A DNA stretch of 64,000 nt, taken from positions 62,001 through 126,000 of the forward strand of contig NW_024055462.1 of NCBI RefSeq assembly GCF_902713615.1, read 5' to 3'. Shown here one piece after another: positions 12,181-24,579 of this stretch. The stretch comes from Scyliorhinus canicula. Lineage: Eukaryota. A program made the translations under genes and the position numbers. A model generated the notes under the pieces. It did no database searches and was not told where the DNA came from. It worked only from the letters and a program-made list of their open reading frames with translations. Within the stretch, counting starts at the first letter, position 1; the number at the start of each line of letters is the position of its first letter.

Positions 12181-13384
12181 GTTTTGGGTCTCCTCGTGTC
12201 TCTCGAGATTGGACAATCAGTTGAAGCCTTGTCTACACACAGAACATGTGCACTGTCTCTCCTCAGTGTGAATGGTGTGATGTTTTTTTCAGGCCGTGTG
12301 TCTGGTTGAAGCTCTTTTCACAGTGAGTTCACTGGAACTCTCTCACTCGGATGTGTGGTGTGGGTCTCGGTGCTTTTCCAGTCACACTGATATTTCAAAT
12401 CTTTTGACGCCGAAAGATCGGACAAAAATTTCTCCTTCTCGTCGATGATGTTCAGAGCCCGTTGTTTTCAGATCAGAAGGAATCGAGTGAGTTTGTCACA
12501 TCGAGACGTGATGTTTGAGATTTCTGTCTATAATTCCTCCTCTTCTAATATCCTTTAAAAACAATTTACGAAAGTCATCACTTGTTATTACAGGATAGAA
12601 ACTCAGAAGACAATTCTACTTCCTATGGAATATAATTTCCTCTCCTTTTCCAAAATCTGTAAATCTCCATCCGACACAATCTCCCTCCATTCTCACTCTG
12701 CTGTATCTAATATTCACCCTCCCAATTCTCCTGAAGGGCTGATTCATGTTGATTGACAGATCCAAGTTCAGCTCACTGCTTCCTGACCAGGACGCAGAGA
12801 TTATAATAGGATCAAGTGTAGGCCATTCGGCCCACCGAGTCTGCTCAACCATTCAATGAGATCCTTGGCTGATCTACCTCAGCACCATTTTCCCACATGA
12901 TCCCCATATCCCTCGATATCTTCAACATCTAGAAACCTGTCAATATTTGTCTTGAACATACCTAATGGCTGAGGCTCCATATTCCTCTGGGGAATACCAA
13001 AGCTTCACCACATCCTCGAGTGAAGAAATCCCTCCTCATCTCAGCTTTCACGCTATTTTCCTACATGTTCCCCGTAACCCTTAACTCCATTGTCAATAAA
13101 ATATCTGTCTAACTTGTGGTTCAATATATTCAATGACCCCCAGATACAACTGGTCCCTGTGGAAGAGAAATCCAACACAACCCTCTGAGGGAAGAGATAG
13201 CTGGAAATCTATAACATAGCTACAGTCTTATAGTACATGGCGAGAAATAATTATGAATTTTATTACGGAACTGTAATTAATATATCTAATCTGTACCAGA
13301 TAAGAACATGAGACGGATACCTGTCCATTTACTGTCCCTGAAATGTAGCCCTCTCCTGGGGTACCCACACCTTTCATTGTAAAC

Positions 13385-13618
13385 ATTAGGAAAGAGTTTT
13401 TAAAAATATATTTGGAGTAACCAACTTTTTATTCCAATTAAGGTGCAAAATTAGCTTGTTCAAATCACCTACCCTGCACATCTTTGGGTTGTGAAGGTGA
13501 GACACACGCAGAGACGGGGAGAATGTGTAAACTCCACATGGATAGTGACCCGGGGCCGGGATCGAGTCTGGATCCTCAGCACCATTAGGCAGCAGTGCTA
13601 ACCACAGCACTACCATGG
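13385..13618 (-). mobile_element. tRNA-derived SINE
   Basis: Family motif GCACATCTTTGGGTTGTG...GACAGTGACCCGGGGCCGGGATCGA...CACTACCATG. Confidence 0.7.
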
Positions 13619-13792
13619 CCCCCAGAGACCACCCTTTCAGTAAGAAAAATAATTGCATCCACCTGTTAACGGGGTGGGAGGCAGAGGTTGGAAACACTTT
13701 GTGGAGCCACGAAATTTCATTTAATTTTGTTTCCCAATTAAATGGAAATTTAACGTGATTCGAGATTGGGCTCAAATCATCAGAGGACTCTG

Positions 13793-14222
13793 GTCGCGAT
13801 TCTCCGACCCCCTGCCGGGCCGGAGAATCGGCAGGGGACTGCGCGTATTGCGCCACGCCACCTCAACGCCATTCTCCCACCCATAAAAAAAATTGGGCAG
13901 GCGCGCATGGTGCTGGGCCGCACGGAGAATCGCCGCAAACGGCCATAGCGGCGATTCTCCGGCGGTGCCGCGATTCTCCTGCCCGAATGGACCGACCGGC
14001 CGACTGAAAAGATCCTAGTCCCGCCGGCGCTGTTCTAACATGCTCTGGGCCTGGCTGGACCTCGGGGTTGAACGGTCCGGGGGCGGCCTGTGGGGGATGG
14101 GCCACTTCAGCGCTGTGCTGGCCCCCCCAGGACCCGGGAATCGGGTCTCGGAACCTGCGCCGGAGTAAAGTACTCCTGTTTTGGCGCCGGCACTCTGACG
14201 CCGGACCAGAGAATCGCGGCCC
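13793..14222. mobile_element. GC-rich MITE-like element
   Basis: Terminal inverted repeats GGTCGCGATTCTC / GAGAATCGCGGCC (1 mismatch) and internal GATTCTCC/GGAGAATC repeats. Related sequence at about 37885-38700. TSD not clearly resolved. Confidence 0.55.
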
Positions 14223-14775
14223 TGGTCTGTGGGGAGGAAGGAAACCCAGGGAGGTGGACAGGGAGTATTCACAAACACCCGCTGGAGGCCCCAAATCCCA
14301 ATGAGACCCATTGATTTTATTGTCAGTCTGCAGACAGAAGCTGGAGAACTGAACCCAGGCAGAGGAGAGGGAGGGAGAAAACTGGGAGTGGAGGAAAGAA
14401 ATGGTGCAGATGGTGAGATGGATTTGGATTTCAGCCCAGGGAGGAGGGAGAGTGTGTGGGACGGGGATTTACAGCTTTGGGGGAACAAGAGAGGGAAAAA
14501 TGTTCCAGAGAAACTAGAATTGTCTGTTCAGAATTTCTATCCTGGACTGAGTGCTGACTATTGTTTTTTTTATTAAATATAGATTACAAAATTGTATTTT
14601 GTCCTAATTAAGGGGTAATTTTATCCGTCACATCTTTTTGGATTGAAACCCATGCTGACAAGGGGAGAATGTGCAAAGTCCATATGGACAGAGACCCGGG
14701 ATCAAACCCGGGTTCTCGGCTAACCACTGAGCCACCGTGCCTGCCCCTAATGACTTTTATAAACTCCTCTTACAG

Positions 14776-15348
14776 GATATTACAAGGGGAGGATTTACAG
14801 ATGGAAACTCAAATCAAACTTCACAGCAAGATTTAACAGAGTCACTCCATTCATCAGGACCAGAATATCATTGGCCTGTGAATGTAGACAAAGAAATGTT
14901 TGTCTGCTCTGTCTGTAGGAAAAGATTTTCAACATCAGTGTGACTGGGACTGCTGCCTCACGGTGCCGAGGTCCCAGGTTCGATCTCGGCCCCGGGTCAC
15001 TCCCGTGTTTGCGTGGGTTTCAGCCCCACAACCCAAAGATGTGCAGGCGAGGTGGATTGGACATGCTAAATTGCCCCTTAATTGGGAAAAAAATGGATAC
15101 TCTAAATTTATTTTTTAAAAAGATCAGCGTTACTGAAAAAAGACCCGATACACACACACTTGAGTTCAACTGATCGTCAAACTTGGAGAGGGACAAGGAC
15201 ACCAGCAGCATGCTGTAACCATGGAAATGTGGGGACTGTGGGAAGGGATTCAGATCTCCATGTGAGCTGGAAATTCATCACCATCGTCACACCCGCGACA
15301 GACCATTCGCCTGTTCTAAGTGTGGGAAGGGATTCACTCAGTTATCCG
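14776..15348 (+). pseudogene. C2H2 ZNF pseudogene exon, divergent to the minus-strand ZNF
   Basis: Acceptor ttacag|GAT and the same 5' architecture as the 12553 exon. ATG CTG TAA CCA TGG AAA TGT is a mutated MEKPWKC start, followed by about 1.5 fingers and truncation. A SINE is inserted at about 14948-15120. Confidence 0.65.
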
Positions 15349-15600
15349 AGTGAGGATTTACCAGTATGTGGGAGCCGAGCTGGTGAGGAAGTGAGCGGCC
15401 TTTAATAAGGTTCAGGCTGCTCTATCTAAGAAAGGAGTTCCATTCGGGGTGGTTTACCCAGCAAAGCTACGAGTTGCAGATGAGTCCAAGGACTTTCATT
15501 TTGAGACTCCAGAGGAGGCGACTGCCTTCATTGAGGGGCTCATTGGTCTGGGAGTATGATTCTCGCTTCGGGTGTTTTGGTTTCGAAATTTGCGGGAGGC
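15349..15600 (+). mobile_element. L1-clade LINE ORF1 C-terminal fragment
   Basis: Translates RIYQYVGAEL...AAFNKVQAALSKKGVPFGVVYPAKLRVA...FHFETPEEATAFIEG, typical of vertebrate L1 ORF1p. Confidence 0.6.
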
Positions 15601-15679
15601 CCCGGGTTCAAATCCCGGACAAGCCCTTTGATAATGTTTTCTGTTGGCCAAGCAACATGTTTTAAGGGGTAGTAACTGT

Positions 15680-16140
15680 AGCACAGTGGGTAATACTGTT
15701 TCTTCACAGCTCCAGGATTCCAGGTGCGATTCCTGGCTTGGGTCACTGTCTGTGCGGAGTCTGCATGTTCTCCCTGTGTCTACGTGGGTTTCCTCCGGGT
15801 GCTCTGGTTTAATCTCACTAGTCACGAAAGACATGCTGTTAAGTCATTTGGACATTCTGAATTCTCCCTCTGTGTACCCAAACAGGCACCAGGATGTGGC
15901 GACCAGCGGCTTTTCACAGTAACTTCATTGCAGTGTTAATGTTTTTTTAAAATATGAATTTAGAGTGCCCAACTCATTTTTTCCGATTGAGGGGCAATTT
16001 AGCGTGGCCAATCCACCTACCCTGGACATCTTTGGGTTGTGGAGCCAAAACCAAGGCAAACACGGGGAGAATGTGCAAACTCCACACAGACAGTGACCCA
16101 AACCTGGGATCCCAGTGCCGTGAGGCAGCAGTGTAACCAT
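15680..16140. mobile_element. Two SINEs tail-to-tail (+ 15680-15940; - 15945-16140)
   Basis: Family motifs shared with the copies at 61510 and 20555. Confidence 0.65.
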
Positions 16141-16206
16141 AAGACCATAAGACATAGGAGTGGAAGTAAGGCCATTCGGCCCATCGAGTCCACTCCACCA
16201 TTCAAC

Positions 16207-16400
16207 CATGGTGGTCAGTGGGTGGTTGGCAGGTACCTTGGTGATGCTGGTGAATGGCTATGCCCCTAACTAGGACAATGTGGCATTTGTAAAAAGAATT
16301 GTTCCCCCATACATGGATACACATCAACTAATTATTGGAGGAGATTTCAACTGTTTTCTGGATCTGAAATGAACTGGTCCAAGCCCATTCAACCACTACA
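16207..16400 (+). mobile_element. L1-clade ORF2 endonuclease fragment
   Basis: Translates ...VMLVNGYAPN*DNVAF...HQLIIGGDFNCFLD (APE GDFN motif). Confidence 0.6.
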
Positions 16401-17279
16401 AAAACAGGAAAAGGGAATGAAACCGGACAGACCTCCCGGCAGCGACCCAGGCACCGGAAATTACAACGGCAAACCCAGCAAAAGATAAAGAAAAGCTGTT
16501 CAATAGCAGATTGTAAAAGGATTATGGGACACAGATTTAAGATTGTGAGCAAGATCTACAGGGGAGATATGAGGAAGAAAATTTACACAGTGTGGTAATG
16601 ATTTGAACTCAATGCTTACACACAAAGGTCGATAATCTCCAGGTTCTGATCACCAGAAAAGTGCTGTCAGAATTTGATGTGAGGATTGGTTGTGAGTTTC
16701 CTGTCTGCGAATCCCTTTCTCAGCCCCTGTGAAAGAAGTTTACAAAGGCATCACTGTCAGTCCAGAAATAAAATTCAGGAAAGATAATCATTTCTCCTGG
16801 TTTGAGTTTGCTGTGTGTAAATCCTCCCCGACTAATCCCTTATAAAAGGAGTTTCCAAAATCAATTAGTCAGTTCAGTATAGAAATTCACAATGACCTCT
16901 CTTCCTGCTCCCTGGTCCAGGATTACAGCTCATGCCGCCTCGCCCCCCCCCCCCGGCCCCGCTGCACACTGACCCTCGTCATCAGCAGTCCCCTGATTTG
17001 AGGGTCATGCTGACGTAGGGTTGTGAGTTTCTGCCCTGGGTCTTCATGTGGCTGAACAGGGCCACAGAGCTTTGGACACATGGGACAGGATGGACAATGA
17101 GACAGCGAAATCTGGAGAGCAGGATTGGCTTCCTTTTCTTTCCATCTCTGCCACCGCTTTGCATCATCAATAAGACATTGGGACTGAAAGACTAATCCAG
17201 TTTGACGGACAAGTTGTCTCCATTCTGAACAATGGGGAACAAGCTCCTCCCACTCATTGTGACATTGCCCCGACAAAGA

Positions 17280-17700
17280 TGAGAAACGCGCATGCGCCCT
17301 GATGCACATCCAATAAAGATGGCGGCCGTTAACTCGAGCCGAAGATGAGGAGCTGCAGCCCCGCTCCGTACAAACTGGGTCCCGTAAACATTTCAGAGGT
17401 TTGCGATTGCAACAGCTTTAAACAACGTTTCCGCCCACCCCCGCGATCTCTCGCTCCCTCCGTATTGTTAAACGCCTCATACCGATTTCCGATCTGAAAG
17501 ACATCCTTCTACATCGCCATGACCCACACTGCGCATGCTTCAAACACAGCGGGCCCCGCCCCTCATTCACTCCGATTGGTTGGAGGACCAGCCGCTGCCG
17601 TTCGGCCCTCCAGTACCGCCCCTCCACTTCCTATTGGTCCGGAGCTGCCGTCAATCACCCGGGCATTGTGAGGCAGATTTCAGGCTGACTCGCTGATTGT
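17280..17700. promoter_or_regulatory. CpG-rich promoter-like region amid ZNF remnants
   Basis: NRF1-type GCGCATGCGC (17288-17297) and TGCGCATGC (17530-17538), YY1-type AAGATGGCGGC (17316-17326), inverted CCAAT boxes at 17575 and 17633. Confidence 0.5.
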
Positions 17701-18180
17701 TCAATACATTTTTTTTTGGTAAATGTTTTTTATTGGGTTTTTGAACAAAGTATATTTACCGTTATGTACACAGGATAAGAAACATATATAAATATATATA
17801 TATATACACACACATGTGTAGAAGAGAAGGACACACCCAACATACCAAATAAAAGAAAATAGTGAATAATTTTTAAAAATACAATAAAAAATAAAATAGA
17901 ATAACTGGTAGGGTATTGTGCACCAGCTCAACAGCAGCAACTCTGTACACCTGGCAAACTAATTTACAATACACAAGTAAACGACTGTTTGCGGGCGGGG
18001 GGGGGGGGGGGGGGGAGGGGGGAGAGATTGGGGAGGTAAATATACATTCGGCTGCCGGAGAAACAATTACAGTGAGCAATACTCGAATGGGTTTGGTGTT
18101 GGTGTTGTCGCTTGCTTCTCCCGGACGGATCTCGCTGCCGTCTTGCGCTCACCTCCGCTTCTGCCGTTGCTCCTGTCTTT

Positions 18181-18520
18181 CATAGAACATAGAACAGTAC
18201 AGCACAGAACAGGCCCTTCGGCCCTCAATGTTGTGCCGAGCCATGATCACCCTACTCAAACCCACGTATCCACCCTATACCCGTAACCCAACAACACTCC
18301 CCTTAACCTTACTTTCATTAGGACACTACGGGCAATTTAGCATGGCCAATCCACCTAACCCGCACATCTTTGGACTGTGGGAGGATACCGGAACACCCGG
18401 AGGAAACCCACGCACACAGGGGGAGGACGTGCAGACTCCACACAGACAGTGACCCAGCCGGGAATCGAACCTGGGACCCTGGAGCTGTGAAGCATTTATG
18501 CTAACCACCATGCTACCCTG
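18181..18520 (-). mobile_element. tRNA-derived SINE with (CATAGAA) tail
   Basis: Full head-to-tail family match; a second copy lies at about 18655-18905. Confidence 0.75.
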
Positions 18521-19069
18521 CTGCCCCCATCTTTATTCTCCTCGTCTCCGACTCCTGGAGATACCATGTTCGTTAATGCATCTCGTGCCTTCCTTCCGGC
18601 TCTCATTTCCCTGCCTCTCTCCCACCTCCCTGGATTGTTCAATACATAGAGATACCATCATAGAATTTATAGTGCAGAAGGAGGCCATTCGGCCCATCGT
18701 GTCTGCACCGGCTCTTGGAAAGAGCACCCTACTTAAGACCACACCTCCACCCTATCCCTGTAACCTAGCAACCCCATCTAACATAAGGGCAATTTAGCAT
18801 GGCCACACCTGACCTGCACATCTTTGGACTGTGGGAGGAAACCGGAGCACCAGGAGGAAACCCACGCAGACACGGTGGGAACAGGCAGACTCCGCACAGG
18901 CAGTCACACTTTTGTTGGGGCTTCTAGCTGATTTTGGTCTTTTATTTTGACTGGACCACATGCTTGGGGAAAGCAAGAGAGGAAAGAAGGTTTGATAGAA
19001 ACTAAAATGAGCTGTTGTGAATTTCTACCCTGTTCTTCTAGTGATCATTTTTGTAAACTTCTTTTTCAG

Positions 19070-19315
19070 GCATTAGAACGGGAGGATTGGCAGCTGGGCA
19101 ACTCGAACCAAATATAACATCAAGATCTGACAGTCACTCAATTCATTAGCATCTAAATATCAAACTGTCAATGTGATTGTCTGTTCTGACTGTGGGAAGA
19201 GATTTCAGACATCAGTGTGATTGGAAACGCCCCGACACACACACACACCTGAGTGAGAGTGTTCCAGTGAACTGACTGTGGAAAGAGCTTGAAACAGTTA
19301 CACAGCCTGAACAAT
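19070..19315 (+). pseudogene. 5' remnant of another ZNF terminal exon
   Basis: tttttcag| acceptor, then sequence similar to 14776-14945 and to the reverse complement of 12300-12550 (GACTGTGGGAAGAGATTTCAGACATCAGTGTGA...GTTCCAGTGAACTGACTGTGGAAAGAGC). No finger ORF. Confidence 0.45.
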
Positions 19316-20119
19316 CATCTTGTTTCCTCTTGTGGGAGAGTCTGGGACCAGAGGCATATTCTCAGAGGTAGGGGTTAAAATTTAGGACAGAGGTGAGGAG
19401 ACATTTCTTCCATCAGCTGTGAAATCATTCTGTCTCTGGAGTTTACCATAAAACGGCAAAGGTGAAGTTGGCTTTACCCGGATGGGCCGCTTGGTGGCGC
19501 AGTGGCTCTTTCACTGAGGGGCCTTAAGTTCGGACACATCCCAGACAGGACTGGTGAGAAATATCTGTCTGGGAAAGGGGAGACAACTGTATAATCGGCG
19601 AAGTGGGGCGGTGCCGATGGACCTAAGAGAAAGGAGTTCAGATTAATCTTACTGTCTTCATTTTTCATTCAATATTTATTAAAATTTCAGAGAAAATATT
19701 ACACAAAAGTTTATTTTGATGTTTACAAAAGGGAACATAACGATTTAGGGTCACAGTGAGAACAGAACACACGCCCTCTGAGCTGCCAAATGTATGTACA
19801 ACTGTAACAGACACAAGAGAGAACAGGAGCTCAACACAAAGGGAAGGTAACTGTTGTAAATAAGGTACGAGGTAAATTACTTATTTAGACATGACATTGA
19901 GAGAAATTACTAGCTACAATTACAATACAGCCAAAATTATCTCGTACATTTTAAACTGAAAAGCAGAAATACTGTCCATGATTGTCTCAGTTACAGATGC
20001 AGAATATAAACTGAGAGAATTTTACTGTTAGAGTCACCAAGAGGAGATATTTTATTTCTGTCACACATAGATCATAATAAACAGCTGAGGGGAATCTACA
20101 GCGTCCGAACGTCAACCCA

Positions 20120-20128
20120 TCACTTGAT
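20120..20128 (-). CDS. IGHM: IgM heavy chain TM2 exon (I-K-stop)
   Basis: Polypyrimidine tract, then ttttacag|ATC AAG TGA, in phase 0 with TM1. Confidence 0.85.
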   Translation of the reverse strand: MK

Positions 20129-20266
20129 CTGTAAAAGAGAGAGAAAATGATGAAACAGATGTTTATGATCTGGGACATTGATGTTAGAGTTTTTAATCAA
20201 TCAAACATTTAGTGTTTTTAAACGACTTCTGTCAGTTTGAAGTGTGAGTGGATTGAATCTTCTCAC

Positions 20267-20394
20267 CTTCACCAGAGTGACTGCAGCGCTGTAGGAAATG
20301 CTCAGGAAGAACAGGGTGATGAATGTGGAAGCGGTTGTCCAGATGTTCCCGTTATCATCCTCATTTTCTTCAGTCCAGGTGTGGTCTGTGGTGT
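20267..20394 (-). CDS. IGHM: IgM heavy chain TM1 exon
   Basis: cctcatag|...GTGAAG|gtgaga. Encodes (D)TTDHTWTEENEDDNGNIWTTASTFITLFFLSISYSAAVTLVK with the conserved antigen-receptor TM motif. Phase matches the cryptic donor in Cmu4 at 23949. Confidence 0.95.
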
Positions 20395-20554
20395 CTATGA
20401 GGATAGAGCCGAATAAATATAATCAGATTTTTTGTTAATACACGTTTTGTTTTTAATATTCTCGTTTCATTTTCTCCCGCTGCTAATTCATTCTTTAATA
20501 TATTTGTCATTGCATATCTACTGTTGAGTTCATGACACTCAGAAATCGATCTCT

Positions 20555-20745
20555 GTAACTTTTTTCTTCCAATTAAGGGGCAAGTTAGCGTGGCCAATCC
20601 ACCTGGCCTGCACATCTTTGGGTTGTCGGGGTGGGACCCACGGGTCATGGGGAAACTCCACTGTGACACAGACCGAGGAGCGGGATCAACCCTAGGTCCA
20701 TGGTGGCGTGAAGCAGCAGTGCTAACCACTATGCCGCCATTGCCT
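20555..20745 (-). mobile_element. tRNA-derived SINE
   Basis: Family motifs; another copy at about 21140-21470. Confidence 0.7.
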
Positions 20746-21479
20746 GACGTTTGTGTTTGTTCTTTATCTTTTGTGTCTGTGTAGATGCGAAATTTGTGTT
20801 TTACTTTAGTCTTCTTTTGTGTATCCTGATGTCTTTATAAGTGCCATTGTGTGTGTTCATGTGTCAATGAGTATTGATCTGTGTATTTGTGTGTCGGTGC
20901 CTGAATGAGAACTTTGTTTATCTTCTGTCAATGTGTATATATGAGTGTTTATTGTGTGTGTTTGTGTGTTGAAGACTATGTTTATATATTAATGTCTGTG
21001 TTAATATGAGTTTATACTTACCTGCCCAGTAATAAAAGTGTTAATGTGTCTTTATACGTTCAACATGCATGTCAGGGTCTTAATGTTTGTGTCTGGATAA
21101 GTGCGTTTGTGTGTGTGTGTGTTTGTTGATGCGTGTATTTCATCATAGAATCATCATCATATAATCCCTACTGTGCCGAATGAGGCTATTCGGCCCATTG
21201 GGTCTGCACCGACCCTCCCAAAGAGCACTCTGCCTGGACGCATGCCCCTGCCCTGTCCCCAGAACCTGGTAACCCCACCTAACGTTGTGGGCATTAAGGG
21301 GTAATACAGCCTGGCCAATCCACCTAACCTGCACATCTTTGGACTGTGGGAGGAAACCGGAGCAGGCGGCGGAAACGGGAACAGGCACGGCAGAACGTGG
21401 AAACTCTACACAGACAATCACCCAAGGATGGAATCGAACCCGGGTTTATGGCGCTGTGAGGCAGCAGTGCTATTTATGC

Positions 21480-22080
21480 GTTGATGAATGTTTATAACTA
21501 TCTATTGATGTGTATTGATGCCTCTAGGTGCACTAATGTGTGTTTGTGCTAGAATGTGTATGGGTATGCTAATATGTGTCCATGTGTGACCATAAGTGTG
21601 TTAGTGTGGATTATTGTCTCTGGTTGTCTGTCATCGTGTAATTGTGCGATTGTATATGTTGTTGGTTACATTTGTGTTTCATATTCTTCAGTCAGTCTGC
21701 TTGTCTCGTTTCATATGTTTGTGTATCTGTGTGGACATGTGGTTGTATGTGTCTGTTTGTGTACATTTGTGTAGCCGCTTGTGTGTGTGGATTTGTGTGT
21801 GTATGCGTGGATGTGCACGTGTGTCTGTGTGTGTATAAACATGTGTTTATTTGTGTTTATGTGCATGTTTGTGATTTTTTGCGCACGTTTGCGTGTGTTT
21901 TGTGTCAAAATATGTGTGGTTCGTTGTGCCTGGGTGTATGTTTATGCATGTGTTTCTATGTGTGTGTCCATGTGTGTGTTTGTGTCTACGTGTGAGCATG
22001 TGTATGTTTGTGGGTCTGTGTGCATGTATGTATAGTGTCTGTGTCTGTTTATCTGTCTGTGTATTTGTATCAGCTGCCTG
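21480..22080. repeat. TG-rich low-complexity tract
   Basis: Degenerate (TG)n. Confidence 0.85.
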
Positions 22081-22519
22081 TAGCTTTGCCAGTTGTGGAT
22101 ATTATTGGTACCGATGTAGATCATGTTGAACTTTCTGCTCATAAATGTGTTTTGTGTGAGTTGCAAGCTGACATCCGGTGACCGAATGCAAAAATACAAG
22201 GAGGTGCCTCAGGAGGGAACAGTGAAAACCCAGGGAGAATTCAATCACCAGTCTGGATTTAGATTATGGGGAATCGGTCTCAGCATACCGATAAGAGGAA
22301 CAAGGGCGCTAAAGGAATTCTGTTGCATAAATAGATATTTTAAGAACATCTTGATCATGATGGTCTTTTAAACCCTTCAGCCAGTAAGCTAAATGCCATC
22401 TTGTTATGTCAGTAACTGAATTCTTAGTCTGGGGGACCGTTTACTTCCAAACTCCCTGCTTGGGGACTGGGAAGATATTGAGTTAATAATCTCCCTCTCT
22501 CTGGTCAGCTCAGCAAATT

Positions 22520-23460
22520 CCCTTTGGGTTCTCCCTGCTGGAGGTGGAGATACAGAGAATTCACTCATCACCTTCCTCCTCTTTTGGTCGGGATAGTGGA
22601 GGTAAAGTGGGTTAGTATTGCCCCTTTGCTCTCTTTGTTGGGGACGTGTGGGAACAGTGGATTAAATAATGCTGCTCCACTCATTGTTGGAAGCGGGTGC
22701 ACAGTGGATTACTCAGGCCCCACCGTCTCTTTGCTGAGGAAGTGAGGGTACAGTGTGTTAACTAATGTCCCTCCCCCTCTCTTTGCTGGGGAAGTGAGGT
22801 ACAGTGTGTTAACTAATGCCCCTCCCCTCTCTTTGCTGGGGAAATTGAGGTACAGTGTGTTAACTAATGCCCCTCCCCCTCTCTTTGCTGGGGAAGTGGA
22901 GGTACACTGTCTTAACTTATGCCCCTACCCCTCTCTTTGCCTGGGAAGTGGGGGTACAGTGCATTAAGTAATGCCCCTTTTCCTCTCTTTGCTGTGGAAT
23001 TGGGTTACAGTGGATTAACTAATGCCCCTCCCCTCTCTCTATTGGGGAAGTGGGGGTAAAGTGGATTAACTAATGCCCTCCCCCTCCCTCTGTTGAGGAA
23101 GTAGGGGTACAGTGGATTAACTAATGCCCCTCCCCCTCTCGCTATTGGGGAAGAGGGGGTAAAGTGCATTAACTAATGCCCCTCCCCTCTCTCTATTGGG
23201 GAAGTGGGGGTACAGTGGATTAACTAATGCCCCTCCCTCTCTCTGTTGAGGAAGTGGGGGTACAGTGGATTGCCTAATGCCCCTCCCCCTCTTTGTTGGT
23301 GAAGTCGGGGCACAGTGGATTAACTAATGCCCCTCCCCCTCTCTCTATTGGGGAAGTGGGGGTACAGTGGATTAACTAAAGCCCCTCCCCCTCTCTGTTG
23401 GGGAAGTGGGGGTACAGTGGATTAACAATTTCACTTTCCCCTCTCTTTGATGGGGAATTG
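22520..23460. repeat. Minisatellite of about 51 bp (GGGGAAGTGGGGGTACAGTGGATTAACTAATGCCCCTCCCCCTCTCTATT-like), about 15 good copies plus degenerate edges
   Basis: Read directly; lies in the intron between the secretory tail and TM1. Confidence 0.9.
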
Positions 23461-23844
23461 TTGGTCCATGTTTCTGTGTGACCCTCAATTCAGTTCCCAG
23501 TGGGTGTGATACAGCAACTTAAAGCTGACATTAATTTTAAAGGGATGGACAATGAGAGAAGCAGGAACACCGAGATTTAAATGTGGTGTTTATTTGTCTG
23601 AAATGGGGAATTGTCCGATTTCTCCTCAGCTGGAGGAAAGTCAATGAAGATATTTTGCTGAATCTTGGAATGAATCAGTTTTACTCTGTCTCTAACCCAG
23701 GGTGTATCTGAGCTGGGAGCTCTGGTTGTATCAGACTTGGTGCCGAGACCTGTAGAAATCCGGGTCTCATTGAGCAGATCAGCAAAGTGGAAGCTCCATT
23801 AATTAAGCGGCTGTACATTTAAATCACAATTGGAGGAAAAAACC

Positions 23845-23859
23845 TTTATTATTTTTATT
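23845..23859 (-). terminator. Poly(A) signals for secreted IgM mRNA
   Basis: Two AATAAA on the minus strand, about 30-40 nt after the secretory stop codon. Confidence 0.7.
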
Positions 23860-23886
23860 TTAATTCGAAATATAACCAATAGATTA

Positions 23887-24278
23887 TCATTGACATGAGT
23901 TAACGGTGTCCATCAGAGCGAGGGAAATGTTCACAAAACTGGGTTTACCGCTGGATTTATCAACCGTTCTGTTGATGATCTTCAAGGGGATGGCTTCATG
24001 TCCCACCACACAGGAGTAAGAAGCGCCGCTGGCCCACTCCTCCGCTGCAATGGATAACAGGCTGTACATGAAGAAGGAGCTATTGCCGTTCTCCGCCATC
24101 ACCTCGGTGTTCTTGTAGTTCCCGGGATTCACCGGCTTGTCATTGACGGTCCACTTGACGAAGATCTCTCGGGGGGAGAAACCTCTCACTAAGCAGCTGA
24201 GGGAAACGAATCTCTGAGCGGAGACGTCTTCAGCCGAGGGCAGGAGGACAGAAACGGACGGTTCCCGCGGATTGGGAT
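23887..24278 (-). CDS. IGHM: IgM Cmu4 plus secretory tailpiece
   Basis: ttctgcag|AT CCC. Encodes [14 protein letters not shown]...[18 protein letters not shown]...YSCVVGHE...DKSS|[20 protein letters not shown], with penultimate Cys and an NIS glycan site. Cryptic donor AGCG|GTAAAC at 23949/23948. Confidence 0.97.
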
Positions 24279-24579
24279 CTGCAGAAAATGTACAATAAAT
24301 GTCAATAAAATGGGGAATTCCGGAGACAATGGAACCGCGGGTTAGATGTGAGAGAAATGTGTTTTGTGTTGGATTTTAAAGGTTTCCATTTTCCACTTTG
24401 GGATCTGTCCGGTTTCCCAGCTCGGAGCAGAGGTGGACACAATCCTTTTCCCTGAGAATTTACGGATATTGGATTCGAAAGTTTCAGAAAGTGTACAGCA
24501 GGGAAACAGGCCATTCGGCCCAACTGTTCTGTGCTGGTGTATCAACTCCACACCAGGCTCCTCCCACCTTACCCCAAGA

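Noticed and set aside
11280-12309. Alternative-frame and antisense ORFs (206, 111, 66, 69 aa) over the ZNF
   Set aside because: By-products of the 84-bp finger periodicity.
13766-14576. Several overlapping ORFs of 60-157 aa
   Set aside because: They lie in a GC-rich MITE-like element and ZNF intron sequence; no domain or splice logic.
21556-22199. Cys/Val-rich ORFs
   Set aside because: Translations of TG low-complexity sequence.
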